Below, piece after piece: positions 37,146-47,700 of a DNA stretch of 64,000 nucleotides. Under the pieces are notes generated by a model. The model was not told where the DNA came from. It was given only the letters and a program-made list of their open reading frames with translations, and ran no database searches. The translations under genes were made by a program, and so were the position numbers. The stretch's first letter is position 1; each line of letters opens with the position of its first letter. Origin of the DNA: a phage. Location of the stretch: the NCBI GenBank assembly GCA_025829515.1, contig GCA_025829515.1_4865.1. One strand, written 5' to 3'.

Positions 37146-38183
37146 GTGAAACAGTATCTTGAGATGATGCAGAACATTCTGGACGAGGGTCATGTTAAGG
37201 GCGATCGTACTGGGACAGGGACGCTCTCCGTCTTTGGTCGCCAAATGCGTTTTGATTTGCGCAAAGGTTTCCCGTTAGTCACGACTAAAAAACTCCACCT
37301 GCGTTCTATTATTCACGAACTGCTGTGGTTCCTTAGTGGCGATACCAACACCAAATATCTGGAAGATAACGGGGTCACAATCTGGCGTGAGTGGCAAGAT
37401 GAGAACGGTGACCTAGGTGAAATCTATGGTGCGCAATGGAGACGTTGGAAAGATGTGAAACTGGTGCCTAAGAAAAATGCAGCTTTACTCGAGAAACTGC
37501 AAGATGCAGGATACGTGGATTATGGCGACGCGGACGACGGTTCACAAATGTTCGATGCGCGTGTACTTCTGAAACTACACGACCAAATCTCTAAGGTGAT
37601 TGACCAACTGCGTAACGATCCTGACAGTCGCCGTATTATTGTCAGCGCATGGAATGTGGGTGAGTTGGATCAAATGGCGTTAGCGCCGTGTCATGCGTTC
37701 TTTCAGTTCTACACTCGTGAGCTGTCTATCGACGAGCGTCTTGATTGGTTTGAAAAGAACCTTCCAGATCAATTTAACGATTCCCGCTTTAGTAATGAAG
37801 CTGTTGCAGACGACGCAGTGTTCCACGTTGAGATGGACGCACTTGAAATACCTCGCCGCATTCTTTCATGTCAGCTCTATCAACGCAGTGCGGATTTTTT
37901 CCTCGGCGTGCCGTTCAACATCGCGTCTTACGCATTACTCGTGCACATGGTTGCCCAGCAGGTTAACATGGTGCCGGGCGATTTCATTTGGACGGGCGGT
38001 GACACACATCTCTACTCTAATCATCTGGAGCAGGCCAAGCTGCAGCTGACGCGTGAGCCGTTACCTTTACCGAAACTGATCATCAAGCGTAAACCGGAAT
38101 CTATCTTCGATTATAAATTCGAAGATTTTGAGATCGTTGGGTATCAGTCTCATGAAAAAATATCTGCGCCTGTCGCTATCTAA
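37146..38183 (+). CDS. thyA: thymidylate synthase (ThyA family) with two in-frame insertions
   Basis: Near-identity over long stretches to E. coli ThyA as recalled ([89 protein letters not shown]); GTG start. Confidence 0.95.
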   Translation: MKQYLEMMQNILDEGHVKGDRTGTGTLSVFGRQMRFDLRKGFPLVTTKKLHLRSIIHELLWFLSGDTNTKYLEDNGVTIWREWQDENGDLGEIYGAQWRRWKDVKLVPKKNAALLEKLQDAGYVDYGDADDGSQMFDARVLLKLHDQISKVIDQLRNDPDSRRIIVSAWNVGELDQMALAPCHAFFQFYTRELSIDERLDWFEKNLPDQFNDSRFSNEAVADDAVFHVEMDALEIPRRILSCQLYQRSADFFLGVPFNIASYALLVHMVAQQVNMVPGDFIWTGGDTHLYSNHLEQAKLQLTREPLPLPKLIIKRKPESIFDYKFEDFEIVGYQSHEKISAPVAI

Positions 38184-38195
38184 TTAGGAGCGTTT

Positions 38196-38732
38196 ATGGT
38201 TGACAACATCGTTCCCTTCAAGCCTAAAGCGGTGGTTGCTACGGACGAACCGCCGTTTATTCCTGTCAATGGACAGAAGATCATCGAGTTTCCAGACGAA
38301 CATCGTGGACAACTGCACGTTCCACAACCGGACGGGACGATGAAAGCTATCGGTTTCCCGATAGCTGAACAAGAATGGTGGACGCTTCTGGCCATCCAGA
38401 TGATGTCGCGTGGTCTGGGTGTGTCTACGGAACCTGTCGTTCGCATTAATACCGACCCGTATATCCACGAACAAGGCAGTTGGATGGAACGACGTCGGAC
38501 AATGGAGATGCAGATTAGCAAAGAAACGCTTTTGCAAATCGCAGAATCCACACCTTTCATCCTGACCTCATCTTTTAACGGGGATATGGATGAAGACCTC
38601 TACATGCACCTTTCAGGCTTAGCAGCTGAGCACCGTATTGCAGAAGAAGAGCCTATCTATACCGAAGCGATGATTATCCATCCGACCGGCTTAGAAGGTA
38701 ATACCTTTAAACTGATTTGGGTGGAGCTATGA
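38196..38732 (+). CDS. hypothetical protein (178 aa)
   Basis: AGGAG RBS. Confidence 0.55.
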   Translation: MVDNIVPFKPKAVVATDEPPFIPVNGQKIIEFPDEHRGQLHVPQPDGTMKAIGFPIAEQEWWTLLAIQMMSRGLGVSTEPVVRINTDPYIHEQGSWMERRRTMEMQISKETLLQIAESTPFILTSSFNGDMDEDLYMHLSGLAAEHRIAEEEPIYTEAMIIHPTGLEGNTFKLIWVEL

Positions 38733-38980
38733 CTGACCGACTCAGTAAAACAATTCGACTACCACAACAGCGTAATGTTCGCAAAGGCGATGTTTTCACG
38801 GCGGAAAAATGGGTTGCATTAAAGGCCCTGTTCCCTGACGAAACCGATTCGCATGTCGTCCAAATGGCATTGAAAGAGTTTGCAAAGAACGCTCCTGAAA
38901 TGCTGCTGCGTAAGAAAGAAGAAGAACTGAATATGCTCCGTAACAGCGTAGACGTTCTCTTTAAAACAATGGAGAAATAA
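38729..38980 (+). CDS. hypothetical protein (83 aa)
   Basis: ATGA overlap with previous gene. Confidence 0.45.
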   Translation: MTDRLSKTIRLPQQRNVRKGDVFTAEKWVALKALFPDETDSHVVQMALKEFAKNAPEMLLRKKEEELNMLRNSVDVLFKTMEK

Positions 38981-38981
38981 G

Positions 38982-39749
38982 ATGATGAAGCTCTTTGCGT
39001 TCTCCGATGAATTCTACACGGTGGAATTCGACGACTACGAATACGGGTTATTAGGGGCCGTCGACATGGAAGACGCTAAACGGCAGCTTCCTACTAGCGA
39101 AATAGAAATCATTGAGATTGGGGAAACCAATCTTAGTGGGATTTTGATGCTGGGGCGGCGACCACGACCTGCGGAACCTGAGCAGGAAAGAGAGCAAGCG
39201 CAAGCGATTTGTCTGGTTTATGAGCCGATAGACCCTGCAGCGATAGCGAAGGTGGTCGATACACTACGGCCACAGATTGGCGTCGCGATTGAAAATTATC
39301 GCTGGGCTCGTTTCTCAGGCGACACGCCGATATTTTCGAATAAGCACTGGTTGCTGTGTATCAACAACGACACGATAATGGTACCGTTAACAGGGGAGAA
39401 GAATTTTGAAGATAACTTCGTCCCTGGCGAAGAGTCTGTTATCTTCGAGTATACCCATGTCATCGGAAAGCCGAGCTTCTACCAAGTTCTGATTGATGTC
39501 TTGACTCACGTCGGTCGAACCATCGAATACCACTACTGGGCACGCCAGGCGCGTTCTAAATGGTTCTCGTTGACGTACGTCGAAGGTTGGGAACGTGTTG
39601 TTGAAAAGATTGACGGGCGCTATGAGCAGATTTGGTTCCTGAACCCGGCATTCCGTGAAGAATTACCCGCATGGGTAAAAGAAGAGGCGAGCAAGCTGAC
39701 GGTTGGCTTTACTAAGCAGGGTGCGCCGTATATGGTTAACTACAAATAA
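38982..39749 (+). CDS. hypothetical protein (255 aa)
   Basis: GGAG RBS. Confidence 0.55.
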   Translation: MMKLFAFSDEFYTVEFDDYEYGLLGAVDMEDAKRQLPTSEIEIIEIGETNLSGILMLGRRPRPAEPEQEREQAQAICLVYEPIDPAAIAKVVDTLRPQIGVAIENYRWARFSGDTPIFSNKHWLLCINNDTIMVPLTGEKNFEDNFVPGEESVIFEYTHVIGKPSFYQVLIDVLTHVGRTIEYHYWARQARSKWFSLTYVEGWERVVEKIDGRYEQIWFLNPAFREELPAWVKEEASKLTVGFTKQGAPYMVNYK

Positions 39750-39760
39750 GGTGAAAACAG

Positions 39761-40240
39761 ATGTCTATAACTCGGATCGATTATCGTGCCGTAGTAAAAG
39801 AACTGTCCAAAGGTCTTATCGAACTGGACTCCGATGAAGCCCGCAGCTGTGGCTTCCTGCCACACATTGCACTGAGTGAGTTCCGTACCATCCGTTACGG
39901 TGCCGGTCGTCAGAAGGGCGTTACAACACACACCGTTGATATGTCAGCAAAGTTCCACGGCAGCGTTCTGTATCTGGTCCACAATGAATCGTTACGAAAC
40001 GAAGTAGTGGAGAAGTTCCATGAAAAGGCCGCCGGGAACGGTTGGTTGACCGTACACTGTAACTACTTGCCTGAGGGTTGGAAACGCGCGACGGGTGCTG
40101 GTATATCCGGCTACGAGAAATTCGGCTTGGTTATTGTCGACGAAGCGGGTTTCTTCTTCAACAAGTTCAGTTACGATAAAATCTATCGCAGTCTGGTCGA
40201 CGTAGTAACGCCAGACGTTGTGATACACCTGATTAATTAA
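39761..40240 (+). CDS. hypothetical protein with Walker B-like motif (159 aa)
   Basis: LVIVDEAGFF resembles Walker B/DEAD box; no canonical Walker A. Confidence 0.45.
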   Translation: MSITRIDYRAVVKELSKGLIELDSDEARSCGFLPHIALSEFRTIRYGAGRQKGVTTHTVDMSAKFHGSVLYLVHNESLRNEVVEKFHEKAAGNGWLTVHCNYLPEGWKRATGAGISGYEKFGLVIVDEAGFFFNKFSYDKIYRSLVDVVTPDVVIHLIN

Positions 40241-40252
40241 GTAGAGGAAAAT

Positions 40253-40441
40253 ATGGCTGGAGAACTCGGTCGTGGGCAAGCCACAACGTTCATGTATCGT
40301 GATGGGTTAGGTGCGGATGTAAACATGTCTCCGGATGACGAGATGGTTATCCCTGGACTTGACCCGGACGCAGGTGTGGAAGGTGGCGTTGACCCGTCGA
40401 AAGACGACGACAACTGCACTGGTGGTGCGTGCAAGATTTAA
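40253..40441 (+). CDS. hypothetical acidic protein (62 aa)
   Basis: GAGG RBS; followed by terminator. Confidence 0.4.
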   Translation: MAGELGRGQATTFMYRDGLGADVNMSPDDEMVIPGLDPDAGVEGGVDPSKDDDNCTGGACKI

Positions 40442-40450
40442 AATACGTAT

Positions 40451-40487
40451 TAGGGTGTCCATATGGACACCCTACTTATTTTTTTTG
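40451..40487 (+). terminator. rho-independent terminator
   Basis: tagggtgtccatatggacacccta hairpin + T-run. Confidence 0.65.
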
Positions 40488-40504
40488 TTTAAGGAGCTAT
40501 CAAA

Positions 40505-41461
40505 ATGGGCGAACGTTTCATTATCCAGATTCCGTATAACGTTATTGTTGAACCTAACCAGTACCTGGCACAGATTAATGAGCTTCTGGCTGGATTCTGC
40601 CAACGTCAGTTTGTTAAACCGTGGTCCTTTGAGAAACTGTACACCCTGTGCGTGAACAGTGAAACCGGTCACACTTACGTCGAAGGTAAAGTCTTCACAG
40701 GCGACCAGCGTTTGGAAATAAATGATTTCGAAATGCCGTGGACGTTGGAAGGTGTCGAGTATCGTGGTACGGTTGATCGCCCGCGTTACGTACCTTTGTA
40801 CACCATCCCACAATGTATTACTAACGTTATGGGTTGGTCTAAAGCGCGTGGTATTCTGGATAACGGCGTCTGGTATAGCCAAGCCACCAAACTCTACGAA
40901 GAAGACGGTGAAGCAGCAACCGGCATCAGCAAAACCAAAGAACGTCTTATCATGGACGGCCTAGGCGATGCAATGGTGGTACTGGTTAACGTCAACGCCT
41001 TGGTAGGTATGCCATCCAAGTTGGTTTCTGTCATGCTGTCCCGTGGGCGCGCACGTCTCGAAAAGAACGTTCCATTTGGCGATGCCCATCGCTTGTTCCA
41101 CAAAATGCGATTGGCCTTCACGTTGATGCACGATATTGTCTATCAAGGGGCCGATCGTCGTAACCAGCACCAGGGGACTTATCGTTTTACCGAGAGTGAC
41201 GACGATCTGATTATCGAATACGAAGAGCAGATGACCGTGGCACTCTATTACATGGAAGCACTGGCGCGAGCGTACAACATTACCCTGGAACAGTGCTTCT
41301 CACTGGCTTGGGATGAAATCAAAGACCGTAAGGGTTTCCTGAACGCGGACGGTATCTTCGTTAAAGAAGCAGACATGTCCGCTGCTGAAATCGAAGTAAA
41401 CGGTTCCCTTACTGTAAAAGATGAGGCGCTTACCGATGGCGAAGAAACTGTTCACGGTTGA
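40505..41461 (+). CDS. hypothetical protein (318 aa)
   Basis: AAGGAG RBS. Confidence 0.6.
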   Translation: MGERFIIQIPYNVIVEPNQYLAQINELLAGFCQRQFVKPWSFEKLYTLCVNSETGHTYVEGKVFTGDQRLEINDFEMPWTLEGVEYRGTVDRPRYVPLYTIPQCITNVMGWSKARGILDNGVWYSQATKLYEEDGEAATGISKTKERLIMDGLGDAMVVLVNVNALVGMPSKLVSVMLSRGRARLEKNVPFGDAHRLFHKMRLAFTLMHDIVYQGADRRNQHQGTYRFTESDDDLIIEYEEQMTVALYYMEALARAYNITLEQCFSLAWDEIKDRKGFLNADGIFVKEADMSAAEIEVNGSLTVKDEALTDGEETVHG

Positions 41462-41858
41462 TTACGATGAATACGTTGATCGTTTACTGGTCAACAATAT
41501 CGTCTGGGAAGACCACGGTCTAATGCCATGGCATCTGAAACTCCTAGCGGAGCGTTCAGAACAATGCGGTGGTTTGGAGTTCGTACTCACCGACACACCA
41601 ATTCCGGTACCTCACATTGCGCCGGTAGAAAATCTGTACTTCTTCGATGCTAATGTGAAGTTATTACAGCAGGTACTCTATACGCATGACTGGCGTGGTG
41701 GTTGTCAGTTCCCAGAGAACGTTCTAAAGCTCTCTGAGCGCTTCGGCACCGACATTGCATACTGTCAAACGTTCCCAAAAGACTTGGGACGAAACAGCGT
41801 GGTACTGTGGTATTACCCTCCGGTAAAAGACATCGTGAAAGTGATTATCGAACGCTAA
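41436..41858 (+). CDS. hypothetical protein (140 aa)
   Basis: Overlaps end of previous gene; start uncertain. Confidence 0.45.
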   Translation: MAKKLFTVDYDEYVDRLLVNNIVWEDHGLMPWHLKLLAERSEQCGGLEFVLTDTPIPVPHIAPVENLYFFDANVKLLQQVLYTHDWRGGCQFPENVLKLSERFGTDIAYCQTFPKDLGRNSVVLWYYPPVKDIVKVIIER

Positions 41859-41912
41859 AAATAAAAGCAAACGAGTACCCCGTTAGGGGTACTCGCGTTA
41901 CTTATTTTTTTT
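41857..41912. terminator. bidirectional intrinsic terminator
   Basis: A-run, hairpin gagtaccccgttaggggtactc, T-run; between convergent operons. Confidence 0.65.
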
Positions 41913-41913
41913 G

Positions 41914-42465
41914 TTACGCTTGAGTCATGTCGGAGATGTCATAAACCAGACCGTTCAACTCAGTAACGGTGATCAGTTTACTGATATCGACACCATCGCT
42001 CGGAACTTCGGTCAAATAAACTTCAACCGTACCCGTCCACGCCAGTGACTTTCCATTGAAACGCAAATTGTGTTTCGTGGAAGACGTCATTGACTCCGTC
42101 GCATAAATCTCGCTCGCATCAATCAACCAATTGTACTTGGCCTGTAACAACGGAACGAGGTCGGCGGCTGTATTGGCGCTACTACCGTCCACAGACAGCA
42201 CCACGTTTTCAAACAGGTGGGCTACGTCCAGTCGACGGTAAGTAAGACCCATCTTACCAAACGTACCTTTCTCAACGATACCAGAAACATCGAGACTGGT
42301 GTTCAGTCTGGTGTACTGTTCTGGGTCAGGATCGGCTGCGGTGATGTGCGACGGGTTACCGAACGACAATTTATCGATGGTCACGCCCTTACCAGTCAGT
42401 CCGGGATTCTGGGACACGATAAGATCGTAAACCAACTCTTTTGCGGTCTTTCCAAATAAACTCAT
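41914..42465 (-). CDS. hypothetical protein (183 aa), last gene of leftward giant-protein operon
   Basis: Minus-strand ORF directly downstream of 753-aa gene. Confidence 0.55.
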   Translation of the reverse strand: MSLFGKTAKELVYDLIVSQNPGLTGKGVTIDKLSFGNPSHITAADPDPEQYTRLNTSLDVSGIVEKGTFGKMGLTYRRLDVAHLFENVVLSVDGSSANTAADLVPLLQAKYNWLIDASEIYATESMTSSTKHNLRFNGKSLAWTGTVEVYLTEVPSDGVDISKLITVTELNGLVYDISDMTQA

Positions 42466-42487
42466 AATGCGCTACCTCTGTGGTGTA

Positions 42488-44749
42488 CTATCGCGCTTGT
42501 GGTAGGAAAATGTTCGCGATTTGTCGTGCCGGTATGATATCTAACGCGGCGTTGACGATGCTGCCCTGTGACCAGGCACTTGCCCAGTTCTGCGCCCAGA
42601 TAGACGCGTTGATTTTAGCCTGCGCGATACCGTTGGTACGCTCGTAAAGCGTGGCAGCACCCAACACAGACATAAATTCACTGAACTTGTTATCATCATC
42701 AAACACACCAATATCAGTTACAATCGGCATGTACATAACACGCGACAGGTCACGAATAGTTACCTGTATATCACACGACAACGGCAGACCGTCAGCACGC
42801 CACCCTAACCCACCTGTACCAAACTGGAGACTCAAGTTAGTTACCATGGCATTACGCATGGAATAACGACCACGAGAATAACACTCCAGATAGAACGGGT
42901 GCGTAAACGATTGTTTACCGGTTGCTAACGGGCAAACTGCCGCTAACCAGAACGACAACGGGACAATCAGATCCTGGAACACATCTAAGTCGTTACCCGA
43001 CCAACAGCGAAGGGGAATGCTTAGCGAGATATCGTCACCTGAGGTGTCTGAGGAGTCCCACACTTCTGGGAAGTCAATCACTGACGAGTTGTACAGCGAC
43101 ATAATCCCTGATAAATGCAAGAAATCGAGTGCGCCTGTAAAGGCGGACTTCAACCCAGTAATGAGACCATCGACTGCGTCGAAACCAGTCTTACCACCAG
43201 AGAGGTTTACTTCCAAAGAACGTGCTTTCTGTGTGGCGGAGTTAACCGTGCCAGAGATTTCAGGTTCTTTGGTGGTGTTGGAGAACGAACGCCCTACGGT
43301 ATCACGTCCATCAACACGCCAAGTAATCCACTGCGAACCATTGCGTATCTCCGAAGCGATGTTCGAAGTTAACCCATCCATAGCGCCTTCTAAAATATCG
43401 ATATAGTCTTTGAAGACGCTACCGACAGATTCTTTCTGGCCTTGGTCCATCCAGTTTTCAATCTTCCCAATGTCGAGATTATTCTCATCCATTGAGTTTG
43501 CTTCGGTCTGACTTTTAGCAACTTGAGCCTGGTTCTTTTCAACCTGTGCCATACGCTCGGCAAGCTCTTTACGTTGCGCATCACCTTCGTTTTCGAAGTT
43601 TTCAGCTTTACCTCCTTGTGACTGAGCATCCTGAATGCTTCCGTTCATCCCTGCTACCAGTTCGTCTTCTTTGTTATCGACGTTTTCAAAACCGGCATCG
43701 TACCCTTTACCGGCTTTGGCTACGTATTCAAGGTTACGTAAAGAAACCTCGTACTGCGCAGCTTTCTCCAAATGGGTTGTTGAGTACGTCGCTTCCAGAT
43801 AGAAGTTTCGCAAACGTCGAGCCATGTCCTCTTCGTTACTCGACTCTTTACGAATTTTATCGATGGTTTTCGCCTGGTAGTTGGCTAATGTTTGGTAGCG
43901 GTTAATCATTCGATAGATATCGAACTCACCATCAGCTGTCCAGATTTCTGGCAGCATGGAGTACCACTCTTTGCGGTCGCCGTTGTACTTATTAGCAGTA
44001 CCGCCTTTCTCAGACCCATCTACAGCATTAGCAAGCTGGAAAGTCCCTAACACACCCGTTGGTACCAATCGGCGATAAACTAACTGGGTGTTGACCATAT
44101 TCTGCACAGCGCGCAGATACAAGTGCATTGTCGGTTTCACGTAGTAGTAGCGAGAAGTCTGCTTGTTCAGCACCATCTTCAACATACGTGGTGTAATTAG
44201 AATAACCGCAAAGGCAACCGTACCTACTGCGGCCCATATTGCTGCGGCGGCAACATACGTCCCCATCGCACGTAACATACCTGGGTAGTCACCTGTGCGC
44301 GCCAAATACGCTAGGTTGGAATCGTACATATTCGCGAAGAATGCAGCTACCCCGATATATCGAGGTTTACCGAAACGACAATGAAGATAAAAACTGTTTT
44401 GGTTAATAGCTTCGTAATAGAAAGTCCCTAAACGATAGGAACCACGTTGGTCTTGACCTTTAACGTACTTTGAGTACGAGCCACGACCTGCATCAGGTTG
44501 TGCAAAAGCACCTGTTGAACTCGGATCAGCAAACATCGTAAACTGCGGCGGCGCATTTAACGCTTGCGAACCACCCATCGTGGTATCTTCAAACGAGAGC
44601 ATCGCGTTAGAGTAACGACGCAAACCCAGGAAGCGCTCATCGCGCTGTGCGGTTGTACCGCCAAACAGGCCGGTTACCCATCCTGAATCTTTTAGTTGTC
44701 TTGCTTCCACGTAAAACCTCTCTGTAAGATGATTAGGGGGTGTTGCCAC
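42488..44749 (-). CDS. large hypothetical virion-type protein (753 aa)
   Basis: Long ORF starting 9 nt after giant-gene stop; hydrophobic segment and coiled-coil-like region; no specific motif. Confidence 0.6.
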   Translation of the reverse strand: MATPPNHLTERFYVEARQLKDSGWVTGLFGGTTAQRDERFLGLRRYSNAMLSFEDTTMGGSQALNAPPQFTMFADPSSTGAFAQPDAGRGSYSKYVKGQDQRGSYRLGTFYYEAINQNSFYLHCRFGKPRYIGVAAFFANMYDSNLAYLARTGDYPGMLRAMGTYVAAAAIWAAVGTVAFAVILITPRMLKMVLNKQTSRYYYVKPTMHLYLRAVQNMVNTQLVYRRLVPTGVLGTFQLANAVDGSEKGGTANKYNGDRKEWYSMLPEIWTADGEFDIYRMINRYQTLANYQAKTIDKIRKESSNEEDMARRLRNFYLEATYSTTHLEKAAQYEVSLRNLEYVAKAGKGYDAGFENVDNKEDELVAGMNGSIQDAQSQGGKAENFENEGDAQRKELAERMAQVEKNQAQVAKSQTEANSMDENNLDIGKIENWMDQGQKESVGSVFKDYIDILEGAMDGLTSNIASEIRNGSQWITWRVDGRDTVGRSFSNTTKEPEISGTVNSATQKARSLEVNLSGGKTGFDAVDGLITGLKSAFTGALDFLHLSGIMSLYNSSVIDFPEVWDSSDTSGDDISLSIPLRCWSGNDLDVFQDLIVPLSFWLAAVCPLATGKQSFTHPFYLECYSRGRYSMRNAMVTNLSLQFGTGGLGWRADGLPLSCDIQVTIRDLSRVMYMPIVTDIGVFDDDNKFSEFMSVLGAATLYERTNGIAQAKINASIWAQNWASAWSQGSIVNAALDIIPARQIANIFLPQAR

Positions 44750-44758
44750 CCCCTACGA

Positions 44759-47700
44759 TTAGCTTGCTTTCCGACTTACGTTTAACGACGGTGTCGGTTG
44801 GGTTATTTCCTGCCTACGTGCAGCTGAGCCAGGAGGAGGCACATTTGCCGCTTGCTGGATACTACCACCCCGTGTGTCGTTTGCCGCTCTTGGATTTGAT
44901 TTCAAAATATCACGAATCTCTTTCAAGTAATCGCGAGACTGAATCAGTACCTTGAGCTGCTGAACATCTATCGGGTCACCATTCAGCGTTGGCGTCGATG
45001 CTGTAGCATCAGAAGTTGGAGCGGCAACTGGACGAGCTGCTGCGTTAACCTGCGCTTCCGCGCCTGCTTTCACTTTAGCAACATCCGTCGCAGACAATCC
45101 TTCTGCTGCAGCTTGCGACGCTACGGTTTCGGCCGTTGTTGAGGCATCGGATGTTCCGGTACCGCCTGTGGTTGGTGTAGGTGCTGCTGGTCCTACATTA
45201 CCTGCGGCGGTAGCCATTGCATCTTGTGCCGCCATGGCCCCTTTCTGCGTCAATACGTCATCACGACGATTAGCATTATCTGCTGGCAGGTTATCTGCCG
45301 GTGACAGACTCGGGTCATTAGCGGCCGGTGCACCCATTGCTGCTGCCGGGTTGGTTGGTGAATTAGGCGACAAGCCTGCAACCATATCCTTCGTCTTGCT
45401 CGGATCGGCAGCGACTTCGTTGGCGGAAATTGCACCCATGCGGCGGTTCAGTTCCTGAATAACCCCATCTACGCTACGTATACGACCGTTGCTGTAGAAG
45501 ACGTTGGCATTCCCTCTCAGTATTGCGGATGTAATCCCAGGAGCACTCGATGCCGCCATATTCGGATTACGCTTCCATGCTTCCAGGAATTTCTTACCGC
45601 CGCCTGCACCCAGGAAGTGGTACAGATAAGCCACGGCTGGAGGTGGTGCTTTACCACCCAGGTCACGTTGTGCTTTTTGGATGTTGTCACGAATGAACTG
45701 TACACCCAAAATAGCATTCGCCCACGGGTCCATCTGGTTAACACGCGGAATACCGAACTTCCGCGAATACCCCTTCATCATCCCGTCCCACGTACCGTTA
45801 ACAAACTGGAACAACCCAGACGCCGAAGCATACGGGTTTTTAGCGGTGTAGTTAAAACCAGACTCCGCTTTTGCCATTGCTAACGCCACAGCAGGTGGCA
45901 CGCCCATCATGTTCGCTGCATCGGTAATCAATGCTTTGATATTCGGAACGTTCAACGCACCCTTTCTACCCAACATTTCTATCGGGTATTTTTCAGCCAG
46001 TGACTTATAATCACCGTCTTTCACATCACTCAGGTTAATCGAAGACGAACCAGTGGTCATTGCAGCGTAGTTCCGCACACCGCCAACCGCATCGACGACT
46101 TGACCCAAGTTACCCGGCACACCACCACTCGTACCCGATGGAATGTAGCCTGAGGCGCGAGCACCGTCAGATGACAAAGAATCTCCCGAACTGATGTTCG
46201 AGTCTTCTTCATCTTCACCGGTAACTTCCAGAGAACTGCGGTTCTTGTTACGATCCTTCCAGCGTGCACGCTTGCCATTATTTTTAATGGCTTTAATCAT
46301 GTTACGCACGGCAAGGTCAGCTTCTTTTGACAACAGCTTCAGCGTTTCCAGCTCGGCTTTGATAGACGATGGGTTCGTGTTAGCATCGCCCCCTAATGGG
46401 TTGATATTCACTTCCCACACCGACTGTCTTATACCGCCTTTCAAGCTATAAGCTGTTGACATCATCAAACTGATTTCGTACAGGTAACCGCCGGTCAGTT
46501 TCAAGTTCAGCGGATCGGCTGTTGGCAGGTAGCGTTTCACCCCAACCAAATACGTCATGAATACCGGTAAGAAGCGGTCAAAGAACCACCGTTTCAAACG
46601 ATCTTCTTTCGGTGTGCCGATAGCGTCTGGAACCATCGAAGCGATGGCTTTCTTCCAGTCACCTTTATAACTTGCGGTTTTCACGTCGATGTCTTTGATG
46701 ACGTTCTTCTCGAATACCGTAATCAACGTGCGTGTGGCGTTGTCGATGGTGGTAAAACCATAAGTCTTCCAACGTACCGACTCCATCGCATTCATGTCTT
46801 TCTGGTCGAGCACCGCGTTCCAGTCTACCTGAATCTGAACCTGCTCTGTTCCGTCTTCCCAACCTTCTACCTTCGCCAGATTTTTATTACGTTCGTTATC
46901 CAACTGTCCAAGTTTGTTGATAGCTTCATCAACACCCGCGGACTTAATCCCCTCCACGGCCGGTGCCATTCCGTACTTACGTGCTTTCTTATCGTCCATT
47001 CTGAACTTGATTGCACGCTCGACTTCATTCTGCACTTCCATAACCTCTTCACCGCTCAAAAACTCCTTCGGTGTAAAGGTTACAACGTCCCAGGCTTTCG
47101 AGAAGAAGCCTTGGTTGACTTTGCGTGGGTCTGTTAACGAAGAGAACGCTTTTGCATCCTTAGTCATCTTCATTTTGTTGAAGAGTGTCTGCATGTCCTC
47201 TTTCGATACTTTCTTAGCATCGCCGACGTCAGCCAACTGGATACTATTCGGCATTGATTTCAGTGCCGTAATCCAGCGGAGATAAATCGGAATAAAGCGC
47301 TGAAGCATAAACGCTTGGAAGGCCAACATCTCGCCTTTTTCCTCAACGTTAATACCGAACCCTTCAGCTAACTTCTGAACGTCTTTTCCACCTAGCCCAC
47401 GGAGACTGGCTTGGCCATCTTCCGCGTAAGACACATACTCACGCAATGCGTCTTCTAAGTAACGCGCCTTCGCCCCGTCATCCGACGACCACTTATCGTA
47501 ATCACGGAAACCGTACTGAGCTAAACGCATCTTATCCAGGTACTGGGTATAGGTAGTCGTTGCGATCTTGTACGCGGCGTAACCTGCCGCGGCGATCGCA
47601 CCACCGATAAGAATTGCCGGCCAGCCCACTGCTGTCACGACGGCAGATGCCGCAGTTGCCACAGCGGACACCGCGGGTGCCGCCAAACGGGTTACTGCGA

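Noticed and set aside
37400-37900. ThyA insertions as intein or group I intron
   Set aside because: Insertions are short (about 30 and 45 aa), in frame, without stops and without intein splice-junction residues or homing endonuclease motifs.
42488-44749. 753-aa protein as portal protein
   Set aside because: Size fits, but no portal-specific motif could be recognised and the gene context (downstream of the giant ejected protein) does not require it; left as hypothetical virion-type protein.
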